This document shows, in pieces, positions 1 to 8,048 of a stretch of 32,000 bases of DNA. The DNA is taken from the NCBI GenBank assembly GCA_026625185.1, contig CP113000.1, positions 2,592,651 through 2,624,650 of the forward strand. Direction: 5' to 3'. The notes beneath the pieces are model-generated. The model saw only the letters and a program-made list of their open reading frames with translations. It ran no database searches and was not told the DNA's origin. Position numbers and translations under genes: made by a program. Origin of the DNA: Thermodesulfobacteriota bacterium (GTDB lineage: Bacteria > Desulfobacterota > WTBG01 > JAGOGO01). Position 1 is the stretch's first letter; each line of letters starts with the position of its first letter.

Positions 1-670
1 GAAAACCGGAAGAAACTATATTAATAGTTTCAAGTTTGTTTGGGGATTTATGCTCTTTAACAAAGATAAAGATCGGAATGGAAAAGACTGCCCACCAGAC
101 CGCAACCAATAAAAACGTAATCCGGATTGCATCATAGTTGTTAGTGAAGCCAAAAGTCCGGGGGAAGATGACCATAACGACGTTTAAGGCAAAAAGGAGG
201 CCGCCCCCAAGGTATCCGAGAGAATAACCGAGCGCAGAGACAAAATCAAATTTTTCTTCCGGGGACACATCCACGATGAGAGAATCATAAAATATGTTTC
301 CTCCGTAAAACCCGATAATTGCAAAAACATATATTCCTGCGGCAAGTCTCCAGTTACCCTGAGAAATAAAACAAAGGGAGCAAGTCATTACCACGCCCAA
401 GAGCACAAAGAAAAGAAGAAATTTTTTTCTTGCCCCGGCTTTATCAGCGATCGCGCCAAGGAGAGGCGCAATCGCAGCGATAGCTGTACATGCTAACCCG
501 TTAGCTATTCCCAGGTGAAAGGTGCTTATGGATGGACTAGTGCCGCTGCTCCAATAATCCTTAAAAAAAACCGGAAAAAACCCTGCCATCACTGAGGTGG
601 CAAAAGCCGAGTTTGCCCAGTCATAGAGAGACCATGAAATTATTTTTTTTCGATCGAGTTTCAATGCCAA
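1..670 (-). CDS. MFS transporter, UMF1 (Atg22-like) family; N-terminal ~223 codons, 3' end runs off the window
   Basis: Own minus-strand translation; the ORF is absent from the track because it has no stop in the window. It reads ..LKLDRKKIISWSLYDWANSAFATSVMAGFFPVFFKDYW..LGAIADKAGARKKFLLFFVLLG..YGGNIFYDSLIVDVSPEEKFDFVSALGYSLGYLGGG... The SWxLYDWANSAF N-terminal motif and the successive hydrophobic helices are typical of UMF1-type MFS permeases. There is no in-frame ATG; the start is TTG at 670 or 664. Confidence 0.75.
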   Translation of the reverse strand, partial: MALKLDRKKIISWSLYDWANSAFATSVMAGFFPVFFKDYWSSGTSPSISTFHLGIANGLACTAIAAIAPLLGAIADKAGARKKFLLFFVLLGVVMTCSLCFISQGNWRLAAGIYVFAIIGFYGGNIFYDSLIVDVSPEEKFDFVSALGYSLGYLGGGLLFALNVVMVIFPRTFGFTNNYDAIRITFLLVAVWWAVFSIPIFIFVKEHKSPNKLETINIVSSGF

Positions 671-703
671 AAAATGAGGAAAGATTCTGCCTCTCGTTGA
701 GTA

Positions 704-797
704 AACCCCGTTAAAAGGCTTTCACACGGGGCATTTACCATGTGCTTCTTCACCCCGTGAAATATTTGATATCTAAAACGGGGTAAACGGGGCATTT
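704..797. repeat. Cluster of CCCCGT/ACGGGG hexamers with a direct repeat ACGGGGCATTT
   Basis: CCCCGT occurs at 706-711 and 753-758. ACGGGG occurs at 726-731, 778-783 and 787-792. An 11-nt direct repeat ACGGGGCATTT lies at 726-736 and 787-797. ACCCCGT (752-758) and ACGGGGT (778-784) form a 7-bp inverted pair. The cluster sits between the stop of the sigma-54 activator gene and the start of the MFS gene. Confidence 0.5.
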
Positions 798-816
798 CTA
801 ACGTGGTAAAGAAACG

Positions 817-2187
817 TTACTTTTTTGAGTTCCCTTTTAACTTTATTTTGAGACTCTTTATTTTTCGGTGGAGATGACTCCGCTCAATGCCGATTGTCTC
901 CGCAGTTTTAGAAATGTTATCTCCGCACTGGGAAAGCTTGTAGGCGATATAGTGCTGTTCAAAGGTATCCTTTGCCTCTTTCAAGTCCAGATTAAAGAGA
1001 TGAGAAAAATCGTTCGAGGGGGAACCACCTCTGAGACTCCGCACAATATCGTCCGGCTTGATAACCGCTTCTTTGGTCATTATTACCAGGCGCTCAATAA
1101 TGTTTTTGAGTTCGCGAACATTACCCGGCCAGGTGTAATTTATTAAAATATCCATTGCGTCAGGACCAATATTTTTTTCTTCTATGTTTTGTTCCTTGGC
1201 AAACCGATTGAGAAACGCGTTGGCAAGCACAATGATATCATCTTTGCGCTCCCGAAGCGGGGGAACGTTTAACGGGATGACATTGATGCGGAAATACAAG
1301 TCTTCGCGGAAGTTCCCTTTTTTAATTTCTTCCGGAAGATCTTTATTGGTCGCTGCAATTAGTCGCGCATCAACCTCAATTGTTTTCGAACCCCCGACCC
1401 GCTCGAACTTCTGTTCCTCCAAGATTCGTAAAATCTTTGCTTGAGTTTTTAAGCTCATATCCCCGATTTCATCAAGAAACAGAGTCCCCTCATGGGCAAG
1501 ATCAAATTTTCCGAGCTTCCTGGACGAGGCGCCCGTAAAGGCTCCCTTTTCATAACCGAAAAGCTCGCTTTCAATGAGTTCTTCTGGGATGGCGGCGCAA
1601 TTAACCTCCACCAAGGACTTGTTGGAACGACGGCTGTGTTGATGAATGAGCCGGGCAACCAATTCTTTCCCGCTTCCGTTTTCCCCGGTGATTATGATGG
1701 AAGCGTTCGTTGGCGCAACGCGTTCAATATCCTCTTTTAATTGGGTGATGGAAGGGCTTATACCATCGAGGCGGAAGGTAGGGAAGATTTTTTCTCGAAG
1801 AAGCCAGTTTTCTTGATTGAGTTTGAAGAAATCGAAGGCATGTTTTACCGTGAGGACAACTTTTTCCAATGAAAGAGGTTTTTCAATAAAGTCAAACGCG
1901 CCGCATTTGAGTGCTTTGACCGCAGTCTCGATTGTCCCATACGCTGAGATAATAATGACATATATCTCCGGAAACCTTTCTTTTAATTTCTGCAATGTTT
2001 CTAACCCGTCAATTCCCGGCATGACGATATCGAGAAAAATAAGGTCCGGGGGGTCTTCCTCCACCTTTTTGAGGGCCGTCACGCCATCAATAGCAACCGA
2101 GACGTCGTATCCTTCATCCCGTAAAATACCGCTTAAGGATTCCCGGATACTTGATTCATCATCAACGACGAGGATATTCTTTTTCAT
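817..2187 (-). CDS. Sigma-54-dependent response regulator (NtrC/NtrX/AtoC-like enhancer-binding protein)
   Basis: ORF track, 456 aa, ATG start. It has an N-terminal receiver domain ([14 protein letters not shown].., [14 protein letters not shown]). The central AAA+ sigma-54 interaction domain carries Walker A GENGSGKE, the GAFTGA loop (YEKGAFTGA) and Walker [10 protein letters not shown]. The C terminus is a Fis-type HTH ([21 protein letters not shown]). Confidence 0.9.
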   Translation of the reverse strand: MKKNILVVDDESSIRESLSGILRDEGYDVSVAIDGVTALKKVEEDPPDLIFLDIVMPGIDGLETLQKLKERFPEIYVIIISAYGTIETAVKALKCGAFDFIEKPLSLEKVVLTVKHAFDFFKLNQENWLLREKIFPTFRLDGISPSITQLKEDIERVAPTNASIIITGENGSGKELVARLIHQHSRRSNKSLVEVNCAAIPEELIESELFGYEKGAFTGASSRKLGKFDLAHEGTLFLDEIGDMSLKTQAKILRILEEQKFERVGGSKTIEVDARLIAATNKDLPEEIKKGNFREDLYFRINVIPLNVPPLRERKDDIIVLANAFLNRFAKEQNIEEKNIGPDAMDILINYTWPGNVRELKNIIERLVIMTKEAVIKPDDIVRSLRGGSPSNDFSHLFNLDLKEAKDTFEQHYIAYKLSQCGDNISKTAETIGIERSHLHRKIKSLKIKLKGNSKK

Positions 2188-2264
2188 TGAAAATTACCTT
2201 CCCTTAGCAGGCTGTTGAAAAAGTCATAAAATAAGCAACGTGTCATATTTCTGAACTCTGAAAA

Positions 2265-2333
2265 GTCATGCCGAACTTGTTTCGACATATTTTCAGGGCC
2301 GACTTGGTTCAGCATCTCATAAGACCCTGAACC
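2265..2333. repeat. Two imperfect hairpin elements (GTCATGCC-type) in the kinase/regulator spacer
   Basis: GTCATGCCGAACTTGTTTCGACAT (2265-2288) is an imperfect palindrome. GGTTCAG (2306-2312) pairs with CTGAACC (2327-2333). The first has the same GTCAT[TG]CC-plus-hairpin form as the elements at 16882-16904 and at 16966-16990 (reverse strand). Confidence 0.45.
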
Positions 2334-2378
2334 ACTTTCAGGATGCCGAAACAATAGTTTTTAGACCGCCTGTTCTCG

Positions 2379-4634
2379 TTAAATATTGGTCGGCAATGCG
2401 ATCCGGAATATCGTGCCCTTAGGGTAATTGTCTTTTACTCGAATATGTCCCTGGTGGTCAGAAATAATAGACTCAACGATAGCAAGACCGAGACCGGTTC
2501 CTGATTTTTTGGTTGAAAAGTAGGGTTCAAAAAGTCGAGACTTTTCTTCCGGAGGAATGCCGCATCCATTATCGGCAATCTCTACGCCCGCGATTTTTAA
2601 TCTTTTGTCATGGAAGGTTGTAATGGTTACTTCACCGTCTTTTGCAATTGCCCCCACCGCGTTTTCCAGGATGTTGATAAGCGCCCGTTTGATTTGGTTG
2701 GAGTCAAGATTCATCAGGGGAGGCGCTTCCGACTCATCAAAGGTGAAGGTGATATTTTTGTGCGCTTCACGAAAAATGGGCAACGTTTCATTAATGATTT
2801 GCGGCAGGTAATTGGGGGATGGTTTGGTTGCCGGGATGCGGGCAAAATTTGAAAATTCGTTAACCATATTTTTCAAAAGTTCAACCTGAGTGATAATCGT
2901 ATGAGTGCATTCGTCAAAAATTTGTCCATCCTCCAAAAATTTATCCTTATACCGCCGGCGTAAACGCTGGGCTGACAGTTGAATGGGTGTCAGAGGATTT
3001 TTTATTTCATGGGCAATTCTGCGCGCCACCTCTCTCCAGGCAGCGATGCGCTGCCCCTTTTGGAGTTCTGTGACATCTTCGATGACGATTACCAAGCCCA
3101 GATAATTTCCCTTTTCATCTTTGAGCGGAGTGATAAAGGTTGAAAGGTCAATAACCTTTGTGGAGAGGGCGAGCTTGATTTCTTTTTCAAACGTCAAACT
3201 GCTGGATCGGTCAACCTCTTGAATGAGGTCATCAACCTGCCGGAGATAGTGAGGAGGAAGGATTTCGTGATAACGTTTGTTTAAGCATGACTCGACGTCA
3301 AGGCCCAAAATTTTTCCGACGGACTTATTGATGGTGGTTATGCGGCCATCGTGGTCGATTGAAACAACTCCGGCAGCAACATTTTTTAAGACAATTTCCA
3401 TGTAGGTGCGCCGTTTATCCAATTCGATGTTGGTGTCGTGCAAATCCGTATATGTCAGTTCCAATTGATCCTTTCCGGTCTTTAAGTCCTGGGTCATCTT
3501 ATTAAAAGACTCCACCAGCGATCCGATTTCATCGTCGGCTTTGATCGCGATCCGCACATCTAAATTTCCTTTGGCAACCTCCAGTGTTCCTTCCGCCAAT
3601 TCTTTAATGGGGCCGGTTATATTTTTTGCTAAATGAAATCCGAACATAATGGCCGAAAAAAACAACAGCAGCGTGATACTGGATAACAGGATAATATAAG
3701 TTTGTTTTAGCGGTGGTTGCGTGAATGTGAGCCGTTTATAATCAGTAAAACGGTTGGAAATTTTGGTCATCTTTTTTACCAGACTGTTGGGAATATAGTA
3801 GCTTACTACTATAAAACCATCTACCTGTGCGGGTACAGTGTCTGAAAAAATCGGGGAGATTCCTCGGATCAATTCTCCTTTATGCAGAGATTGGATTTTT
3901 GCAATATCTTTGGTGAGAACGCCTTCCTTAATTAATTCACGATCAATTTTATAATAAATGTTGTCGTCGAGGTCTAAATGCGAGGCGATAGCTAAGCTTT
4001 TTTGAAAAGGGTGCGATGGAGATAAGATTTCAATTGCGCCCACATTATATTCTTGTGATTTGTTTTCGATAAATTTTTGGAGTCGGGTTTTTTCGTCGGG
4101 GGATAAGAGACCCCGTTCACTGATAGTAGTACTGAGCTGGTGAGCGAAAAAAAGAGAACTGTCTTTTAAATTTTGATAATACTTCTGTGCCACCTCTAAA
4201 GATTCCTCCAACGATTGTTCTACCTGGAAGCTGATCAGGTTATCGAGGGTATTGGTAATGAAACTGGCGGCTGCCCAGAAAAGAAGTAAGGTGGGAACAA
4301 TGGTCAGCCCGATAAATGAAGCAACTAATTTGGTTCTAATCTTTGACCCCAGGATACCATGGCGTCGTTCAAAAATGAGCTTTACCACATTACGGATAAC
4401 TAGAAAGATCAAAAGGACAAGAAGGATAATATTAAGATTAAGGATAGAATAGACCAAGATGTTGCTGGAAAGGGGAAGTTTGCCTGAGGCTCGGGAAAAA
4501 TAAGATTCAAGAACAGTAAGCCCGGCTATTAGAACGGCAATGATAAGAATAATAAGTCGCTCTCGACGGCGACGAAGCCTTTCCTGGGGATCGAGATTGG
4601 TATCGGGTTTCAGGATGTTAAAAAAACCGACCAT
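2379..4634 (-). CDS. NtrY-like sensor histidine kinase (multi-TM, HAMP, PAS, HisKA, HATPase_c)
   Basis: ORF track, 751 aa, ATG start. Domains in order: N-terminal hydrophobic helices; HAMP (ITGPIKELAEGTLEVAKGNLDVRIAIKADDEIGSLVESFNKMTQDL); PAS (VLKNVAAGVVSIDHDGRITTINKS); H-box ARRIAHEIKNPLTPI; ATPase N/G boxes (NILENAVGA, DNGCGIP, GTGLGLAIV). Layout and length match NtrY-type kinases. Confidence 0.85.
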   Translation of the reverse strand: MVGFFNILKPDTNLDPQERLRRRRERLIILIIAVLIAGLTVLESYFSRASGKLPLSSNILVYSILNLNIILLVLLIFLVIRNVVKLIFERRHGILGSKIRTKLVASFIGLTIVPTLLLFWAAASFITNTLDNLISFQVEQSLEESLEVAQKYYQNLKDSSLFFAHQLSTTISERGLLSPDEKTRLQKFIENKSQEYNVGAIEILSPSHPFQKSLAIASHLDLDDNIYYKIDRELIKEGVLTKDIAKIQSLHKGELIRGISPIFSDTVPAQVDGFIVVSYYIPNSLVKKMTKISNRFTDYKRLTFTQPPLKQTYIILLSSITLLLFFSAIMFGFHLAKNITGPIKELAEGTLEVAKGNLDVRIAIKADDEIGSLVESFNKMTQDLKTGKDQLELTYTDLHDTNIELDKRRTYMEIVLKNVAAGVVSIDHDGRITTINKSVGKILGLDVESCLNKRYHEILPPHYLRQVDDLIQEVDRSSSLTFEKEIKLALSTKVIDLSTFITPLKDEKGNYLGLVIVIEDVTELQKGQRIAAWREVARRIAHEIKNPLTPIQLSAQRLRRRYKDKFLEDGQIFDECTHTIITQVELLKNMVNEFSNFARIPATKPSPNYLPQIINETLPIFREAHKNITFTFDESEAPPLMNLDSNQIKRALINILENAVGAIAKDGEVTITTFHDKRLKIAGVEIADNGCGIPPEEKSRLFEPYFSTKKSGTGLGLAIVESIISDHQGHIRVKDNYPKGTIFRIALPTNI

Positions 4635-4695
4635 TTTTTTATTTTTGTTGTGAGGGACAAAGTCACCTTTAAAGAAAAGAGTACTCTAAAAAAAA

Positions 4696-5262
4696 TTAAT
4701 AGCTAAAGTACTCCATTACCCAATCGGTATCAAAATATTTCCAATCAAGGAAAAAAAGGAAGTAATGGATATAGGCAGGTGGTTTTACTCCTTCAGCTGC
4801 CGCTTTTATTTCAAAGTAATAAGTGTTATTTCTTTCTAATTTCCAGATGGGATAAACCGAAAGAATTTCTATCTGACTCATATTTTTTTTTGCCTCTTCA
4901 AGCGTTGAGATAACTAATTGAGACGGGCCATTTTCATTTTCTTTGGAAGCGGTAACAATGGTGCATTCATTTTTTAGGTTATCAAACTTGATTGTTTTTG
5001 CGATAGTGATTGCAGTGAGAAGTTTATCATTCCAAAAGGATTGTTGATAGAGCATTACTGAGTAGGCGAAGGTGGTGGGAATTCCGTTTTTTATTGCTTC
5101 TTCAATTTTTGGACTAAAGCTGTTGGCTAAGTAAAATCGGACGTTAAGGTGAGAAGGAGAACTTGAAATCCGGATATTCTGGATGGTCGGGTTTTCAGCC
5201 TTTGAGGGAGAGGAAAAGAAAAGAGAAATAAAAATTATCCAGAAAATTATATATATCTTCAT
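4696..5262 (-). CDS. Secreted DUF4390-like protein
   Basis: The ORF track gives 4696..5304 from a TTG. The ATG at 5262 instead yields a clean signal peptide (MKIYIIFWIIFISLFFSSPSKA/ENP). The body (LNVRFYLANSFSPKIEEAIKNGIPTTFAYSVMLYQQSFWNDKLL..IKFDNLKNECTI) fits my recollection of the DUF4390 pattern. Its position directly upstream of an NtrY-like kinase fits the usual DUF4390 context. Confidence 0.6.
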   Translation of the reverse strand: MKIYIIFWIIFISLFFSSPSKAENPTIQNIRISSSPSHLNVRFYLANSFSPKIEEAIKNGIPTTFAYSVMLYQQSFWNDKLLTAITIAKTIKFDNLKNECTIVTASKENENGPSQLVISTLEEAKKNMSQIEILSVYPIWKLERNNTYYFEIKAAAEGVKPPAYIHYFLFFLDWKYFDTDWVMEYFSY

Positions 5263-5424
5263 AAGACACCATTCCAAACCAACACCTATAAATCTGCCAA
5301 GCAAGACACATTTTTTCTAAAATATCGAAATTTTAATAAAAAGGCAAGATATTTTGGTTTCAGGACACAGGTAAAAGTTGTAAATCCATTTGAGTATTAT
5401 AAAGGAATGATGACCCTAAAGCAA

Positions 5425-6348
5425 TTAGGCAGGATAGTTAGGGATAAAGGGCGAGAAATAAGCCTTTTGAAAAATAAAGGTGTTATTGAGAGGAATGATT
5501 TTAGTTAATTCCCATTTTTCATGATGGCTTAAAAGTTTGCGAAGAAACTGATGGTTGAGAAGGTGACCGGCTTTATAGGTTTTAATATGACCGATAATAG
5601 GGTGACCCAGCAAAGAAAGGTCGCCTAAAAGATCAAGAACTTTATGGCGGACTAACTCATCAGGGAATCTAAGTCCTCCTTTGTTTATGACTCCGTCTTT
5701 ATCCACGACCACGGCATTATCCAATGATCCCCCTTTCGCAAAACCATTTGCCCTAAGAACATCGATATCTTGTCGAAAACAAAAAGTCCGGGCTTTACAG
5801 ATTTCCTTTACAAAACTTCTATAACCAAATTCCCATTCAAACGATTGTTTTTTGATCAACGGGTGGTCAAAATCAATGGTGCAATCGAGGATAAGGCGGT
5901 CAGCAGGATAGGCCTCAATATATTTATCCTCGCACCGTATCGTGATCGGCTCTTTAATGACGACAAACTTTTTGGGCACATTTTGATACTTCAGCCGGGC
6001 AGTGCGGAGAAGACTTACAAAGGGGCCGGCGCTTCCGTCCAAAATAGGGATTTCCGGAGCATCAAGTTCGATGAGCACATTGTCAATGCCAAGGCCAGCC
6101 AAAGCAGCTAAAAGGTGCTCGACCGTGTTAACCCCGGTTCCGTTATTACCTAAGGTGGTAGCTAATTGGCCATCCGTAACATTAGCAATAATTGCCCGAG
6201 TAGGTTCAACATGAGAAACATCAATGCGCCGGAAAATAATACCCGTATTAGGCGGAGATGGTTTAAGGGTAAGGTTTACCTTTTTTCCGATATGGAGACC
6301 AATACCGCTTAAGGTTATTTCATGTTTTATGGTCCGTTGATAGGGCAT
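5425..6348 (-). CDS. lpxC: UDP-3-O-acyl-N-acetylglucosamine deacetylase
   Basis: MPYQRTIKHEITLSGIGLHIGKKVNLTLKPSPPNTGIIFRRIDV aligns colinearly with the E. coli LpxC N terminus ([44 protein letters not shown]). HKVLDLLGDL and GHLLNH motifs are present. I place the start at ATG 6348 (AGGAG four nt upstream), not the track start 6393. Confidence 0.92.
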   Translation of the reverse strand: MPYQRTIKHEITLSGIGLHIGKKVNLTLKPSPPNTGIIFRRIDVSHVEPTRAIIANVTDGQLATTLGNNGTGVNTVEHLLAALAGLGIDNVLIELDAPEIPILDGSAGPFVSLLRTARLKYQNVPKKFVVIKEPITIRCEDKYIEAYPADRLILDCTIDFDHPLIKKQSFEWEFGYRSFVKEICKARTFCFRQDIDVLRANGFAKGGSLDNAVVVDKDGVINKGGLRFPDELVRHKVLDLLGDLSLLGHPIIGHIKTYKAGHLLNHQFLRKLLSHHEKWELTKIIPLNNTFIFQKAYFSPFIPNYPA

Positions 6349-6384
6349 AATACTCCTGATTTTGCTTGAATGCTCAAAACCTAA

Positions 6385-6400
6385 AGCAATCAATATGCCA
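6385..6400 (-). promoter_or_regulatory. Sigma-54 (-24/-12) promoter-like element upstream of lpxC
   Basis: The minus strand reads TGGCAT-ATTGA-TTGCT (consensus TGGCAC-N5-TTGCW) with the correct GG-N10-GC spacing. Its 3' end lies about 37 nt upstream of the lpxC ATG. In a by-eye scan of all TGGCA occurrences on both strands, it was the only site with correct spacing plus TTGC. Confidence 0.45.
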
Positions 6401-6636
6401 ATATCAGAAAACTGAACAAAAAAATCATTAAATATTTAATAATATGTGATTTATTAAAAAAGAAAAGTTGGTTTGGCTGATGGGGTAATGATTTTTATAT
6501 AAGAAAAAGTATGGTAAAAATGCTATACCGTGTTGTAAAAAAGGCACACTTTTATTTGAATTCTTTGTTTTTAAACGATATGTGACTCCCTGATCAGACC
6601 TTAATTGAGTCAAAAAATAGCACAAGTCCCATCTAA

Positions 6637-6670
6637 CTCCCCTTTGCTAAAGGGGAGAATTTCTTTTTTT
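6637..6670 (+). terminator. Intrinsic-terminator-like hairpin with T-tract (plus-strand polarity)
   Basis: CTCCCCTTT-gct-AAAGGGGAG (6637-6657) forms a 9-bp stem with a 3-nt loop, followed by aatTTCTTTTTTTT. A second weaker hairpin, CTCCTTTcatAAAGGGG, lies at about 6672-6688. The region is in the spacer between the aconitase-family gene and lpxC, both on the minus strand. Confidence 0.4.
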
Positions 6671-6788
6671 TCTCCTTTCATAAAGGGGGGATGGAGGAGG
6701 ATTAAAAAAATGGTCATAAATGTCTCCGAAGATGCTGATCAATACGACCTTGCGTGACATCCTATGAATAATTTTCGCTCAATTAGAG

Positions 6789-8048
6789 TCAGCTAAAGTA
6801 TTCGCGGGGATCAGAAATCTCCCCCCTCAGGGCGGTTGCGGCTGCGGTTGCAGGCGAGGAAAGAAAAATTAACCCCTCAGGATTTCCCATTCGTCCTTTA
6901 AAATTCCGGTTTTGGGTGGAAAGACACGCCTCACCATCTCCCAGTACCCCTAAATGAACTCCCACACAAGGTCCGCACCCAGGGTTCATGACCACCCCTC
7001 CGGCTTCAACAATAGTCTCCAGGTACCCTTTTTTGAGCGCTTTAAGATACACTTGCCGCGACGCCGGGGAAACAATGAGTCGAACTTTTGAATGGCATTT
7101 TTTCCCCCGGAGAATTTTCGCCGCGATTTCTATGTCGGAGAGGTTACCGTTGGTACAGGTTCCGATGAGGACTTGATGTATTTTTTCGCCTGCCACCTGA
7201 GAAACCGGATGGGCATTATCTACCGCATGAGGTGAAGCAACCATTGGCTCTAATGTAGAGACGTCAAGAGGAATAGTTTTTTCGTAAAGCGCATCGACAT
7301 CAGCTTCTATTTTGCTGAAATCCTCTTTTCTGCCTTGTCTCACTAAAAACGCTTCCGTGCGATGGTCAGAGGGAAAAATGCCGCATTTGGCGCCAGCTTC
7401 CACCGCCATGTTGGCGATGGTAAGGCGCTCCTCTATATCTAAAAGGGAGACCGTTTTTCCGGAAAATTCCAAAGCTTTATAGTTGGCTCCTTCGGCCCCG
7501 ATCTGGCCGATGAGAAAGAGGATAATGTCTTTTGCAAAAACTCCATGGGAAAGATTGCCGTTTAGGATAACCTTATAAACTTCGGGTACTCGAAACCAGG
7601 TTTTGCCAGTGCCAATTGCCATGGCAACATCCGTTGACCCCATGCCGGTGGCAAAGGCGCCTAACGCCCCTCCGGTACAGGTGTGTGAGTCAGCCCCGAC
7701 CAAGATGTCTCCTGGCCGGGTGAAGCGCTCATTGATAATTTGGTGGCAGATCCCCTCGCCAACTTCAGCGATCAAAACCCCCGCCTGAGAAGCAAAATCT
7801 CTTAAAAACTTATGATCATTGGAAAGCTCCCGGCGAGGGCTGGGAGCGGCATGATCGAGAAAAATTACCGTCCGTTTGGGATTGACCACACGCGTGTTGT
7901 CTAACTTCATCAACTGCCGGACGGTTAAAGGACCAGTCCCATCCTGCATTAGACAGAGGTCAACATTAACCGTCACGATTTCACCGGGTTTGACTGGTTT
8001 CCCGACATGCGCTTCGAAGATTTTTTCTACCAGTGTTTTGCCGTTCAT
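6789..8048 (-). CDS. Aconitase-superfamily dehydratase large subunit (LeuC/HacA-type, 419 aa)
   Basis: ORF track, 419 aa. The N terminus MNGKTLVEKIFEAHVGK..VDLCLMQDGTGP and the motifs GADSHTCTGGALGAFATGMGSTD and CTNGNLSD..NPGCGPCVG (Fe-S ligand cysteines) are typical of short archaeal-type isopropylmalate/homoaconitate isomerase large subunits. Its ATG overlaps the upstream stop (TAATG at 8046-8050). Confidence 0.85.
   Translation of the reverse strand: MNGKTLVEKIFEAHVGKPVKPGEIVTVNVDLCLMQDGTGPLTVRQLMKLDNTRVVNPKRTVIFLDHAAPSPRRELSNDHKFLRDFASQAGVLIAEVGEGICHQIINERFTRPGDILVGADSHTCTGGALGAFATGMGSTDVAMAIGTGKTWFRVPEVYKVILNGNLSHGVFAKDIILFLIGQIGAEGANYKALEFSGKTVSLLDIEERLTIANMAVEAGAKCGIFPSDHRTEAFLVRQGRKEDFSKIEADVDALYEKTIPLDVSTLEPMVASPHAVDNAHPVSQVAGEKIHQVLIGTCTNGNLSDIEIAAKILRGKKCHSKVRLIVSPASRQVYLKALKKGYLETIVEAGGVVMNPGCGPCVGVHLGVLGDGEACLSTQNRNFKGRMGNPEGLIFLSSPATAAATALRGEISDPREYFS

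Noticed and set aside
6428-6625. A 65-aa minus-strand ORF in the spacer between lpxC and the aconitase-family gene.
   Set aside because: The region is very AT-rich, the sequence is Phe/Leu/Asn/Lys-rich, and there is no SD. It lies upstream of the proposed lpxC promoter and is most likely non-coding.
6394-6788. A search for a degenerate LeuD/HacB small-subunit gene downstream of the aconitase-family large subunit.
   Set aside because: None of the three minus-strand frames gives a LeuD-like sequence. The only ORF (~36 codons, MTIFLILLHPPFMKGEKKEILPFSKGELDG..) is produced by reading through the CCCCTTT/AAAGGGG hairpins.
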